A DNA stretch of 26,931 nt from assembly GCA_046758965.1 (NCBI GenBank), contig JBHIBG010000035.1, positions 1 to 26,931 on the forward strand, read 5' to 3'. The position numbers and the translations under genes are program-made. Numbering within the stretch: position 1 is the first letter of the stretch; every line of letters starts with the position of its first letter. Below, one piece after another: positions 16,882 through 26,126 of the stretch. This stretch comes from Candidatus Methylomirabilia bacterium. GTDB taxonomy: Bacteria > Methylomirabilota > Methylomirabilia > Rokubacteriales > CSP1-6. The notes beneath the pieces were generated by a model, which saw only the letters and a list, made by a program, of their open reading frames with translations, searched no databases and was not told the DNA's origin.

Positions 16882-17471
16882 CGCCGAGGCGTCCGAGGAA
16901 GCGCCGTCCCCGTGGCCGGGCCCGCAGCGTCGCCGGCAGCGTTATCGGTCTCTCACTCCTTGCGGGGACATTCGTGGTCGGCACGCTCATGGGACACGAG
17001 TGGGCCCGGGGCCGGTGGCAGGCGGACGGGGCCGGGCAGCGCTCGATCCGACTCGATCCGAAGAGGTTGGAAGCTCGGGTACCGAAGCCCTCCCCCGGGA
17101 TCCAGGAGAAGCTGACCTTTTACCGGACGCTCACCGCGCCCTTGGCTTCCATGCCGCCTCCCAAGCGGAATGGTGGCCCCGAAGGGGTTGCCCCGGGCAA
17201 GGGGCCTACCGGCGGGTCGGAGAGCGACGGGCAGATCAAGGGCTGGACCATCCAGGTGGCTGCATTCGGCGCCAGAGAGCCCGCCACCGCGCTCCGCCAC
17301 TCCCTCGCCACCGAAGGCTTCGACGCCTATCTGAGTTCGGTCACCCGTGAGGACGGCACGATCCTCTATCGGGTGCGGGTCGGAAACTACGCTACCAGGG
17401 ATGCGGCTCTCCAGGTGTCAGCGCGTCTGAGGCGCACGCGCACACTCGACCCCTTTGTGGCACCCCGGTAG
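16878..17471 (+). CDS. SPOR-domain membrane-anchored peptidoglycan-binding protein (FtsN/DedD-like)
   Basis: Basic N-terminus, one TM segment, LTFYRTL motif, and C-terminal SPOR domain WTIQVAAF...YRVRVGNY. Immediately follows argS, as is common. Confidence 0.85.
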   Translation: MTPRRPRKRRPRGRARSVAGSVIGLSLLAGTFVVGTLMGHEWARGRWQADGAGQRSIRLDPKRLEARVPKPSPGIQEKLTFYRTLTAPLASMPPPKRNGGPEGVAPGKGPTGGSESDGQIKGWTIQVAAFGAREPATALRHSLATEGFDAYLSSVTREDGTILYRVRVGNYATRDAALQVSARLRRTRTLDPFVAPR

Positions 17472-17483
17472 GGAGAGAGGGGC

Positions 17484-18059
17484 GTGGGCCATCGGGTGGG
17501 GCGGGTGCTGATTACTGGGGAAGAGATCGCCGGGCGGATCCAGGAGCTAGCGGGGGCAGTGGCCCACGATTACGCGGAGAAGGATCCGGTGCTTGTGGGG
17601 GTCCTGAAGGGGGCCGTGGTCTTCCTGGCCGACCTGATCCGAGCTGCCGATATTCCGATCACCCTGGACTTCGTCGAGCTCTCCAGCTACGGTGCGGGTA
17701 CCGGGTCATCCGGGCTGGTCGAGATCATCTCCGACCTGTCGGGTTCCATCGAGAACCGCCACGTCCTGATTGTCGAGGACATCATCGACACCGGTCGCAC
17801 CGCGCACTACCTCCGACGAAACCTCGAGAGCCGACATCCCGCGAGTCTCAGGCTTTGCGCCCTCTTGAACAAGGCGGGTCGGCGGGAGATCGTGGTTGAG
17901 ATTGACTACGTGGGCTTCACGATCCCGAACGAGTTCGTGGTGGGATACGGCCTTGACTTCATGGCGCACTATCGAAACCTCCCGTACATCGCGGTTCTCG
18001 AACCCGAGCCCGCGGGGCCCGAACCGGGTGGCTCACTAGCCCTCCAGGATCTGGAGTGA
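17484..18059 (+). CDS. hpt: Hypoxanthine phosphoribosyltransferase
   Basis: Motifs VLKGAVVFLADL, SSYG, PRPP-binding VLIVEDIIDTGRT, FVVGYGLD, YRNLPYI. Confidence 0.96.
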   Translation: MGHRVGRVLITGEEIAGRIQELAGAVAHDYAEKDPVLVGVLKGAVVFLADLIRAADIPITLDFVELSSYGAGTGSSGLVEIISDLSGSIENRHVLIVEDIIDTGRTAHYLRRNLESRHPASLRLCALLNKAGRREIVVEIDYVGFTIPNEFVVGYGLDFMAHYRNLPYIAVLEPEPAGPEPGGSLALQDLE

Positions 18060-18353
18060 TCGCGCTCTGCGTGCCCCGGGGGATCCGCCCGGGCGAATCC
18101 AACGAGCCGTACCGGGCCGCTTCGAAGGCGCACCTCCGCCTTCGGCGTGGGTCGCCGGCCCGCGCAGTAGCCTTGCCCCGACGAGGCTCTCGAGAGGGCG
18201 AGCCGGAGCCTCCCTCCGCCCGGTCAGGAGACGAAAGTTGAGCGAGGGGTGGCGTCCCGGCGCACGGCTGGCGCGAGATGAGTATTTGGCAGCCCTGACG
18301 CCGCTCTGCGGAGAGGGTCAGGACGGCGGCGCCGGTTGGGAGCGCGCTCCCTA

Positions 18354-18362
18354 TGGTATAAT
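18354..18362 (+). promoter_or_regulatory. Extended -10 promoter element for ftsH
   Basis: TGGTATAAT is TGn plus a perfect TATAAT in otherwise GC-rich DNA, about 35 bp upstream of the ftsH start. Confidence 0.65.
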
Positions 18363-18396
18363 TATGGCGCTTACGGCAGGCCCCAGGGGAACGTAG

Positions 18397-20223
18397 ATGA
18401 AGCCGCCCATGAACCGGTTCCATCGGAATTTGGCCGTCTGGATGGTGGTCGGCCTGATGGTCATTCTGCTCATCAACCTCTTCCAGGCCCACCAGCCCTC
18501 TCGCGAAGAGATCGTCTTCTCTGACTTCCTGCGCAAAGTGGAGGCAGGCGAGGTGAGGGATGTCACGATCCGGGGGAACGCGGTCAAGGGGCGGCTCGCT
18601 GACGGCTCTCCGTTCACCAGCTACACGGTCGACTATCCAGACCTGGTGAAGATGCTGCGCGAGCGCGGCGTCCGCATCACGGTCAAGCCCCCGGACACGA
18701 ACCCCTGGTACGGGGTCTTCCTCCAGTGGATCCCCATGCTCCTCTTCATCGGTGTCTGGATCTTCTTCATGCGCCAGATGCAGGGAGGCGGGGCCAAGGC
18801 GCTCTCATTCGGCAAGGCCAAGGCGCGCCTGATCTCCGAGAAGCAGAACAAGGTGAGCTTTCAGGACGTAGCCGGCGTGGACGAGGCGAAAGAGGAGCTC
18901 CGCGAGATCATCGAGTTCCTCAAGGACCCCCAGAAGTTCCAGAAGCTGGGAGGGAAGATCCCCAAAGGCGTGCTGCTGGTCGGGCCGCCGGGGACCGGGA
19001 AGACGCTCCTGGCGAAAGCCATCGCCGGGGAGGCCAACGTCCCGTTCTTCTCGATCTCGGGCTCCGACTTCGTGGAGATGTTTGTGGGCGTGGGCGCCTC
19101 GCGGGTACGCGATCTCTTCGAGCAGGGGAAGAAGAACGCCCCGTGCATCATTTTCATGGACGAGATCGACGCGGTCGGACGGCATCGCGGGGCGGGGCTC
19201 GGCGGTGGGCATGACGAGCGGGAGCAGACGCTCAACCAACTCCTGGTTGAGATGGACGGCTTCGAAACCAATGAGGGCGTAATCCTCGTCGCCGCAACCA
19301 ACCGGCCTGATGTGTTAGATCCGGCGCTGCTCCGGCCGGGGCGGTTCGACCGCCAGGTGGTGGTGCCTCGCCCCGATGTCAGGGGGCGGGAGGAGATCCT
19401 CGGCGTTCACGCCCGGCGGATCCCGTTGAGCCCAGAGGTGGACCTGAAGGTGCTGGCCCGCGGTACCCCCGGCTTCTCCGGCGCCGACCTGGCCAACCTG
19501 GTGAACGAGGCGGCCCTCCTCGCCGGGCGGTACGGCAAGAAGGCGGTCGAAATGCTCGACTTCGAGAGCGCCAAGGACAAGGTCCTGATGGGTGTCGAGC
19601 GGCGGTCCATGATCATCAGCGACGAGGAGAAGAAGATCATCGCCTACCACGAGGCCGGGCACGCGCTGGTGGCCGATCTCTTGCCGGGAACGGATCCGGT
19701 CCACAAGGTGACCATTATCCCGCGCGGCCGCGCTCTGGGGCTCACCCAGCAGCTTCCCCTTGACGACAAGTACAACTACTCCAAGGACTACCTCATCAAC
19801 CGGATCACGATCCTCCTCGGGGGGCGTGCTGCGGAGGAGATCGTGCTGGACCAGCAGACCACGGGGGCCGGCGACGACCTGGAGAAAGCCACCGAGATGG
19901 CTCGAAAGATGGTCTGCGAGTGGGGGATGTCGGAGAAGCTGGGCCCGCTGACCTTCGGAAAGCGGGAGGAGCACATTTTCCTGGGACGGGAAGTCACTCG
20001 GCAACAGGACTACTCGGACGAGACCGCGCTCGTCATCGACAGCGAGATCACGCGGATCGTCGTGGAGTGCGCGACGAAGGCCCGTCGGCTCCTCGAAGAA
20101 CATCTGGAAAAGCTCCACACGCTGGCACGGGCGCTTCTGGAACGCGAGTCGCTGGACGGAGAGGAGATCGCTCGGATCATCAGGGCCCAGCCCGCTCTCG
20201 AGGAAGCGCCGACTCCTGCCTAA
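18397..20223 (+). CDS. ftsH: ATP-dependent zinc metalloprotease FtsH
   Basis: Two TMs, Walker A GPPGTGKT, Walker [25 protein letters not shown], and Zn motif HEAGH. Alternative start ATG 18409. Confidence 0.98.
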   Translation: MKPPMNRFHRNLAVWMVVGLMVILLINLFQAHQPSREEIVFSDFLRKVEAGEVRDVTIRGNAVKGRLADGSPFTSYTVDYPDLVKMLRERGVRITVKPPDTNPWYGVFLQWIPMLLFIGVWIFFMRQMQGGGAKALSFGKAKARLISEKQNKVSFQDVAGVDEAKEELREIIEFLKDPQKFQKLGGKIPKGVLLVGPPGTGKTLLAKAIAGEANVPFFSISGSDFVEMFVGVGASRVRDLFEQGKKNAPCIIFMDEIDAVGRHRGAGLGGGHDEREQTLNQLLVEMDGFETNEGVILVAATNRPDVLDPALLRPGRFDRQVVVPRPDVRGREEILGVHARRIPLSPEVDLKVLARGTPGFSGADLANLVNEAALLAGRYGKKAVEMLDFESAKDKVLMGVERRSMIISDEEKKIIAYHEAGHALVADLLPGTDPVHKVTIIPRGRALGLTQQLPLDDKYNYSKDYLINRITILLGGRAAEEIVLDQQTTGAGDDLEKATEMARKMVCEWGMSEKLGPLTFGKREEHIFLGREVTRQQDYSDETALVIDSEITRIVVECATKARRLLEEHLEKLHTLARALLERESLDGEEIARIIRAQPALEEAPTPA

Positions 20224-20338
20224 GTGTCGAAGGGACCCCGTCCGGGCCTCCGGTGCGGGTACCCGCTCGACAGGTCCCCCCCAAGCTCGTGACACGGTCT
20301 CGGCGTCGGCCGTGGTATTGTCTTTTGGGGGAGGTGGC

Positions 20339-21253
20339 ATGCCGAACCGTGCGCTGCTCGGTGGCCTCTCGGTGGGGGCGGGGCTTCCCGTCGTGGTGCT
20401 GGGAGTCCTCAACGTGGGCCCTGAATCTTTCTACCGGGGCTCAGTCGCCTCCGATCCCGACCAGCTCTTGCGCATGGCCGAGAAGATGGTGGAGGCCGGT
20501 GCTGCCGTCCTGGACGTCGGGGCCATGTCCACAGCTCCGTATCTTCCGGGCCGGATCGCCGAAGGGGAGGAAACCGACCGCCTCAGCCGCGCCGTGAGGC
20601 TCCTCGTCGAAAAGCTGGGCGTGCCGATCTCGGCCGACACCACACGTGCCGCCCCGGCTCGGGCTGCTCTGGATGCAGGGGCGACGATCATCAACGACGT
20701 GAGCGGGGTCTCGGCGGATTCCGAGATGGCCGAACTTGTTGCGCGACGGGGCGCGGCGCTCATCCTCACGGCATCTCCCGGAGTAGGAGCCTCGCGCGTT
20801 CAATCCGTTCCTCCCGCGCGGCCGTCCTCCGCGCCTTCAGTTGCCGTGCGTGAGAGGCCCGAGCAGGTTGTGTTCGCCCGCCTCGGGCAGAGCCTGGCGC
20901 TCGCCCGGCGCGCCGGGATTGCCCGTGAGGGAATCGTTGTGGACCCCGGGATCGGCTTTTTCCGGGACTCCGGATGGCCGTGGCAGGAATGGGACTGCCG
21001 GGTCCTGGCTCGGCTCGGCGAGCTCCACCGGCTGGAGCAACCCATCTGCGTGGGCGTCTCCCGGAAATCCTTCATCGGCGCTATCCTGGGTGAGGAGGAT
21101 CCGGGCCGCCGGCTCGTGGGCTCCCTGGCTGCGACGGCCGTGGCGGTGGCCAACGGGGCCGATCTGATCCGGACCCACGACGTGGGCGAAACGATCGGGG
21201 CGGTGCGCATCGCAGAAGCTATCCGTGCGGCCGGCTTCAGTGGAACCGCATAG
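20339..21253 (+). CDS. folP: Dihydropteroate synthase (divergent loop motifs)
   Basis: Motifs GVLNVGPESF, ISADT, IINDVSG, DPGIGF, GVSRKSFIG, IRTHDV. Canonical position after ftsH. ATG 20339 follows SD GGAGG. Confidence 0.9.
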   Translation: MPNRALLGGLSVGAGLPVVVLGVLNVGPESFYRGSVASDPDQLLRMAEKMVEAGAAVLDVGAMSTAPYLPGRIAEGEETDRLSRAVRLLVEKLGVPISADTTRAAPARAALDAGATIINDVSGVSADSEMAELVARRGAALILTASPGVGASRVQSVPPARPSSAPSVAVRERPEQVVFARLGQSLALARRAGIAREGIVVDPGIGFFRDSGWPWQEWDCRVLARLGELHRLEQPICVGVSRKSFIGAILGEEDPGRRLVGSLAATAVAVANGADLIRTHDVGETIGAVRIAEAIRAAGFSGTA

Positions 21254-21257
21254 CCGA

Positions 21258-21412
21258 ATGTCGGACACCATTCATCAGATCTTCCGGTGGCGCGGCGCCG
21301 TCGAATCCTTACTCTGCCCGAGCGTCTCCAGGCGCCCGGGGAGATTCAGGGTCCCGTGCTCTCTGCGCCGCGAAGTCGGGTGGTGGTGAAGCCCCCGGGG
21401 GCTCTTCCATGA
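21258..21412 (+). pseudogene. Probable cdaA'-'cdaR deletion remnant (diadenylate cyclase / YbbR-like regulator)
   Basis: ATG 21258 gives MSDTIHQIFRWRGAV. A shifted frame continues ILTLPERLQAPGEIQGPVLSAPRSRVVVKPPGALP* and stops in ATGA overlap with glmM. This is the usual cdaA-cdaR slot. Similarity was judged by eye only. Confidence 0.5.
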
Positions 21413-22782
21413 GTCGCCTATTTGGGACCGACGGGATCCGCGGGGTCGCGAATCAGGCCCCTCTTACCTCGGAGCTGGTTCACCGGCTCGGCCGGGAGGT
21501 CGTCACCGTCCTGCTGGAAGGAACTCAGTCCGGCCAGGTGCGGCTCGTGGTCGGCCGGGATACCCGCCTCTCCGGGTTCATGCTGGAGGCCGCCTTCGTC
21601 TCGGGCGCCCTGTCGGCCGGAGCGGAGTGCTACACGGTGGGAGTCCTTCCAACGCCCGCCATCGCCGTGCTCACCCGCCAGCTCGCGGCCCACGGGGGCG
21701 TCGTGCTCTCGGCGTCCCATAATCCCTTCCAGGACAACGGGATCAAGCTCTTTTCCGGAGAGGCGACCAAATTTCCCGACGCCTGGGAGGACGAGATCGA
21801 AGCCCGGCTTCTCGCTCCGGACGCCGTGCCGCGCCCCACCGGAGCCCGGATTGGCCGCTTGGTTTCGTACCCCCGGGCTGAAGCCGACTATCTTCGTTTC
21901 CTCCAGAACACCTTTCGCTATGATCTCCGGGGGCTCACCCTGGTCGTCGACTGCGCCCACGGGGCCACCTATCGGGTCGCGCCCCGGCTGTTCACGGCTT
22001 TGGGCGCGCAGGTCCTCAGGCTAGGGGTTCGTCCCGATGGCACCAATATCAATCGCCGCTCAGGGGCGCTCTATCCGGATGGCCTCCGCCGGAAGGTGAA
22101 GGCCACCGGGGCTCACCTCGGCCTAGCCTTTGACGGCGACGGCGACAGGCTGATAACGGTGGACGAGGCAGGGGAGATCAGAGACGGGGACTACCTCCTC
22201 GCCGTCTGCGCCCGGCACCTGACCGCCAGGGGGCAGCTCAGAGGAAATCAAGTCATCACCACCGTGATGGCCAACCTGGGATTGGATCGCTCCCTCGAGG
22301 CGGCCGGGCTCCAGGTCGTGAAGACCCCGGTGGGAGACCGCTATGTTCTGGAGGAGATGCACCGCCTGAGCGCCAACCTCGGGGGGGAGCAGTCGGGACA
22401 TCTCATCTTCCTCGATCACGCTCCCACCGGCGACGGCCTGCTCTCGGCACTTCAGCTCCTGACCGTGATGCGGGAGACCGGTGAGCCCCTTTCCCGGCTC
22501 GCGACTTGCCTCACCAAGTTCCCCCAGGTGCTGGTGAATGTGCGGGTCAAGGAGAAACCCCCGATCGAGAAGATCCCCGGTCTGGCTGCCCGGATCCAGG
22601 AGCAGGAAGCTGCCATGAACGGAGCCGGGCGGATTCTGGTTCGCTACTCTGGCACCGAGCCGGTTGCCCGGGTGATGGTGGAGGGAGAGGATGAAGCCAT
22701 GATCCGGGCCATGGCCCGGGAGCTGGTCGCGCTCATCGAGCAGGCGGTCGGCGCGGAGACTCGGGCAGGATCGGCCTCGTGA
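21409..22782 (+). CDS. glmM: Phosphoglucosamine mutase
   Basis: Motifs LFGTDGIRG, GRDTRLSG, catalytic SASHNP, metal loop FDGDGDR, VGDRYV, GGEQSGH, RYSGTEP. Confidence 0.97.
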   Translation: MSRLFGTDGIRGVANQAPLTSELVHRLGREVVTVLLEGTQSGQVRLVVGRDTRLSGFMLEAAFVSGALSAGAECYTVGVLPTPAIAVLTRQLAAHGGVVLSASHNPFQDNGIKLFSGEATKFPDAWEDEIEARLLAPDAVPRPTGARIGRLVSYPRAEADYLRFLQNTFRYDLRGLTLVVDCAHGATYRVAPRLFTALGAQVLRLGVRPDGTNINRRSGALYPDGLRRKVKATGAHLGLAFDGDGDRLITVDEAGEIRDGDYLLAVCARHLTARGQLRGNQVITTVMANLGLDRSLEAAGLQVVKTPVGDRYVLEEMHRLSANLGGEQSGHLIFLDHAPTGDGLLSALQLLTVMRETGEPLSRLATCLTKFPQVLVNVRVKEKPPIEKIPGLAARIQEQEAAMNGAGRILVRYSGTEPVARVMVEGEDEAMIRAMARELVALIEQAVGAETRAGSAS

Positions 22783-23225
22783 TGGGGATCAAGGGAGTCG
22801 GGGTCGATCTGGTGCAGATCTCCCGGCTTCGCCAGATGGTGGAGCGGTGGCAGGAACGCTTTCTCAGGCGCGTTTTTACCGAGGCCGAGCTCGACTACTG
22901 TTTTCAGCGTCGCGACCCTATTCCGCACCTGGCAGCCCGCTTCGCCGCCAAGGAGGCCGCCCTCAAGGCACTCGGCACTGGGCTCCGGATGGGGATCAGC
23001 TGGCGCGAGCTCGAGGTGCGGCGGATGCGGGGAGAGCCCCCGACCCTCATGCTCTCCGGTCGCGTCAAGGCCATCGGGGAAGCTCGAGGCAGTTCCGGGT
23101 GGCTTCTTTCCCTCAGCCACGACGGCGACTATGCCTTCGCCCAGGCCGTGCTCTTGGGAGACTCGCCGGACCGTTCGGATCTCAGGGGCGCGGGAGGCGA
23201 GGCTGTCCATGAGGGGGGCGTGTAG
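22779..23225 (+). CDS. acpS: Holo-[acyl-carrier-protein] synthase
   Basis: Motifs GVGVDLV, RVFTEAE, AARFAAKEAALKALGTG, LSLSHD. Start is GTG 22779 or ATG 22782. Confidence 0.95.
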   Translation: MMGIKGVGVDLVQISRLRQMVERWQERFLRRVFTEAELDYCFQRRDPIPHLAARFAAKEAALKALGTGLRMGISWRELEVRRMRGEPPTLMLSGRVKAIGEARGSSGWLLSLSHDGDYAFAQAVLLGDSPDRSDLRGAGGEAVHEGGV

Positions 23226-23961
23226 GGCGGTGGGTCTCTTCTCGTTGCCCCTTCAGGGATCCGCCGCGGCAGCGCCTGGTGGAGGTGAGAGTCTGCCGGT
23301 GCGCGGCCGCTTTGTCACCCTCAAGGGGAAGCCTGGTCTGGTTATCGGAGCCCCCCACGGCGGCACCGACGATCGTACCACCTGGATCGGCCAGGAAGTA
23401 GCGGCCAAGACCGGGTTTGGCCTAGTTATGGCCATGGGTTTTGCCAGCCCAAACTCTCCACGCTGGCGTTTCAACGTCAACCGTCCGACTGAGGGGATCC
23501 CCGGACGGCCGGCTGCGAAGGAGCGCTACACGGAGGAGGCCCGCCGGGTGTACGAACGTTACGTTGGGCAGGTCCGTGGCGTCTCCCAGGGCCCGATTCA
23601 CCTCTACGTCGAGCTTCACGGGAACACCAGACAGGAGAGCGCGGGACGGATCGAGATCGCCACCGTGGGGGTGGATCGCCTGGAGGCTTGGCAGATCAAG
23701 ACGCTTTTCGAGTTGACTCGGGATACCCATCTCAGCGGCCGGCCTGAGGTCCCGCGGCTTGGCGTGCTCGTGGAGCCTCTGGATCGGATCGCCTTGACCG
23801 CATCCTCGGCCAAGCAGATCGGCATCCTCCGTCTGCCTCGCCACGTGATCCACATTGAGCTTCCCCGTGCGGCGCGGGTCTCCGGCGCGGAGGGTTATGT
23901 GCAGGTCCTGGCGGAGTTTCTCCAGGAAGCCTCGAGAACCCTCCTGGATGAGAGGGAGTGA
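23209..23961 (+). CDS. Hypothetical exported protein, putative Zn-dependent amidohydrolase (poly-gamma-glutamate hydrolase / N-formylglutamate amidohydrolase-like fold)
   Basis: Possible signal peptide (..GSAAA). Motif order IGAPHGGTD, NVNRP, YVELHGN, HIELPRAAR. Abuts nnr. Confidence 0.6.
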   Translation: MRGACRAVGLFSLPLQGSAAAAPGGGESLPVRGRFVTLKGKPGLVIGAPHGGTDDRTTWIGQEVAAKTGFGLVMAMGFASPNSPRWRFNVNRPTEGIPGRPAAKERYTEEARRVYERYVGQVRGVSQGPIHLYVELHGNTRQESAGRIEIATVGVDRLEAWQIKTLFELTRDTHLSGRPEVPRLGVLVEPLDRIALTASSAKQIGILRLPRHVIHIELPRAARVSGAEGYVQVLAEFLQEASRTLLDERE

Positions 23962-25521
23962 GTGCTTCCCGTCTTCATCGCCGCGGAGATGCGCGCCCTG
24001 GACAAGCGCGCGATGTCCGAGCTCGGCATTCCGGGCCCTCGGCTGATGGAACGCGCCGGCGGGAGCGCCGCCGGCGCCATCCGGGCCTCGTTTGGGAGCG
24101 TCAGGGGAAAGCGAGTGGTCATCTGCTGCGGAAAGGGGAACAACGGAGGGGACGGCTTCGTGGTGGCCCGGCGGCTCCGAGCTGCCGGCGCCTCGGTGAG
24201 GGTCTTTCTCCTCGCCCTGGCGAGAGAGGTCAAAGGGGATGCAAGCCTCATGCTTGGCGCCTACCGGAGGAGCGGGGGCAGGATCGTCGAGGTGACTCCC
24301 GCACAGGGGTTCCCAGACCTGGAGAGGGCCCTGGCCTCCGCGGATTTGGTGGTCGATGCCCTTCTGGGAACCGGTCTCACGGGTGGCGCTGGCGGGGTTT
24401 ACGCTTCCGCCATCGAGGCGATCAACCGGAGCGGCAAGCCGGTCGTCGCGCTCGATCTCCCGTCCGGCCTCTCCTCTGACCACGGGCAGTTGCTGGGCCC
24501 GACGGTTCGAGCTTCGCTGACCCTCACCTTCGCGGGATGGAAGCGAGGCCTTCTTCTGTATCCGGGCGCGACCTGCGCTGGGGAGGTGCGGGTGGTTGAC
24601 ATCGGGATCCCGGGCTCTGCGGCGCGTCAGGAGGCCTCAGCGTTTCGGCTCGAGACCTTGGACATCGCCTCGCTGCTTCCGCCGAGAGCTCCCGACGCCC
24701 ACAAGGGCTCCTTCGGCCATCTCCTCGTGGTGGCCGGGTCGGTGGGAAAGACCGGAGCGGCGGCCATGGCCGGGCGAGCGGCCTTGAGGAGCGGGGCCGG
24801 GCTCGTCACGATCGCCGCCCCCGCCTCCCAGCAGCCCGTCATCGCAGCCCTCGGGATGGAGACGATGACCGAACCGCTCCCCGAAACTCCGGGGCAGTCC
24901 ATCAGCCTCAAGGCGAAGGACCGGATCCTGGAGCTGGCGGAGCGGACGGACGCCATGGCCTTGGGCCCCGGAATCTCGCTGGATCCGGAGATCCAGATCC
25001 TGGTCAGGGAGCTCGTACGGGAGGTGGGGCGGCCGATGGTTGTGGATGCCGATGGGCTGACGGCACTGGCCGGTCATCTCGATCTGCTGAAGAAATCTCC
25101 GGCCCCTCGCTGCCTGACTCCGCATCCCGGCGAGATGGCCAGGCTCCTGGGGGTGCCCGTTAAGGACGTTCAGTCAGATCGGATCGAGGCCGTCCGCACC
25201 TTATGCAAGCGCTTCGGCATCTTCCTCGTGTTGAAGGGTGCCGGGAGCGTCATTGGAGACCCGGAAGCAAAAATCTTTGTCAACCCCACCGGCAATCCGG
25301 GGATGGCGAGCGGCGGCTCCGGAGATGTCCTGACCGGGATGGCCGGGGCCTTCCTCGCCCGGGGGATGCATCCGCTCTCGGTCCTCCAAGCGTCCGTCTT
25401 TCTCCACGGTCTTGCTGCCGACCTGGCTTCACAGGACAAGGGCGAGGAGGGTCTGATCGCAGGCGACATCTTGGAGGCGATCCCCCGCTCAATCCTGACG
25501 GTCCAGCGCGGCGGGCCTTGA
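23962..25521 (+). CDS. nnr: Bifunctional NAD(P)H-hydrate epimerase/dehydratase (YjeF/Nnr)
   Basis: N-domain motifs [28 protein letters not shown]-domain motifs [40 protein letters not shown]. Confidence 0.96.
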   Translation: MLPVFIAAEMRALDKRAMSELGIPGPRLMERAGGSAAGAIRASFGSVRGKRVVICCGKGNNGGDGFVVARRLRAAGASVRVFLLALAREVKGDASLMLGAYRRSGGRIVEVTPAQGFPDLERALASADLVVDALLGTGLTGGAGGVYASAIEAINRSGKPVVALDLPSGLSSDHGQLLGPTVRASLTLTFAGWKRGLLLYPGATCAGEVRVVDIGIPGSAARQEASAFRLETLDIASLLPPRAPDAHKGSFGHLLVVAGSVGKTGAAAMAGRAALRSGAGLVTIAAPASQQPVIAALGMETMTEPLPETPGQSISLKAKDRILELAERTDAMALGPGISLDPEIQILVRELVREVGRPMVVDADGLTALAGHLDLLKKSPAPRCLTPHPGEMARLLGVPVKDVQSDRIEAVRTLCKRFGIFLVLKGAGSVIGDPEAKIFVNPTGNPGMASGGSGDVLTGMAGAFLARGMHPLSVLQASVFLHGLAADLASQDKGEEGLIAGDILEAIPRSILTVQRGGP

Positions 25522-25648
25522 AGTTTCGGGTGACCTCGCCCGCCACCGTTTGGGACAGCACCCGGAGAATCCGGTACGAGGAGAAGCGGCGGGGAATGCC
25601 CTCTCAGATGGGCGCGGGGATGGAGGAGCACTCCGAGGAAGGCGGCGA

Positions 25649-26098
25649 ATGCGCGCGGTGGTGCAGCGGGTTACCGAAGCGACGGTTACGGTGAGAGGCC
25701 GTGCGGTAGGGGCCATCGGGCCGGGCCTCGTGGTGTTGGTTGGAGCCAGCGAGGGGGATACGCAGGCCGACGCGGGCTACATCGCTGGAAAGGTGGCGGG
25801 ACTCCGCATCTTCGAGGATGACGAGGGAAAGATGAACCGCTCGGTGGAGGAGGTCGGCGGCTCGGTCCTGATCGTGAGCCAATTCACTCTCTACGGCGAC
25901 TGCCGGAAGGGCCGTCGTCCCTCGTTCGTGCGAGCTCTGCAATCGGAGGCCGCCGCGCGACTTGTGGAACGGGTAGGCGAGCTACTCCGGGAGCGGAGCT
26001 TGCGGGTGGAGACGGGGGAGTTTGGTGCGGTGATGGACGTGTCGCTGATCAACCGCGGGCCCGTCACCCTCCTGCTTGACAGCCGGAAGGAGTTCTGA
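25649..26098 (+). CDS. dtd: D-aminoacyl-tRNA deacylase
   Basis: Starts MRAVVQRV. Motifs LRIFED..GKMN, SQFTL, GRRPSF, GEFGA.M, NRGPVT. Confidence 0.96.
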   Translation: MRAVVQRVTEATVTVRGRAVGAIGPGLVVLVGASEGDTQADAGYIAGKVAGLRIFEDDEGKMNRSVEEVGGSVLIVSQFTLYGDCRKGRRPSFVRALQSEAAARLVERVGELLRERSLRVETGEFGAVMDVSLINRGPVTLLLDSRKEF

Positions 26099-26126
26099 CC
26101 GGCTCCTAGGGCATTCTCAGTTTGCG

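Noticed and set aside
18056..18241. 61-aa ORF after hpt, and a GTCAGG...GAAAG segment reminiscent of SRP RNA
   Set aside because: The ORF has shadow-like composition. The SRP core (TCAGGTCCGGAAGGAAGCAGC) is not matched.
25625..25643. GGAGCACTCCGAGGAAGGC resembles part of riboswitch 2 (GGAGCACTCTCCGAGGGAAGGC)
   Set aside because: A short gapped match with none of the other B12-element motifs. It doubles as the dtd ribosome-binding region and is likely coincidental.
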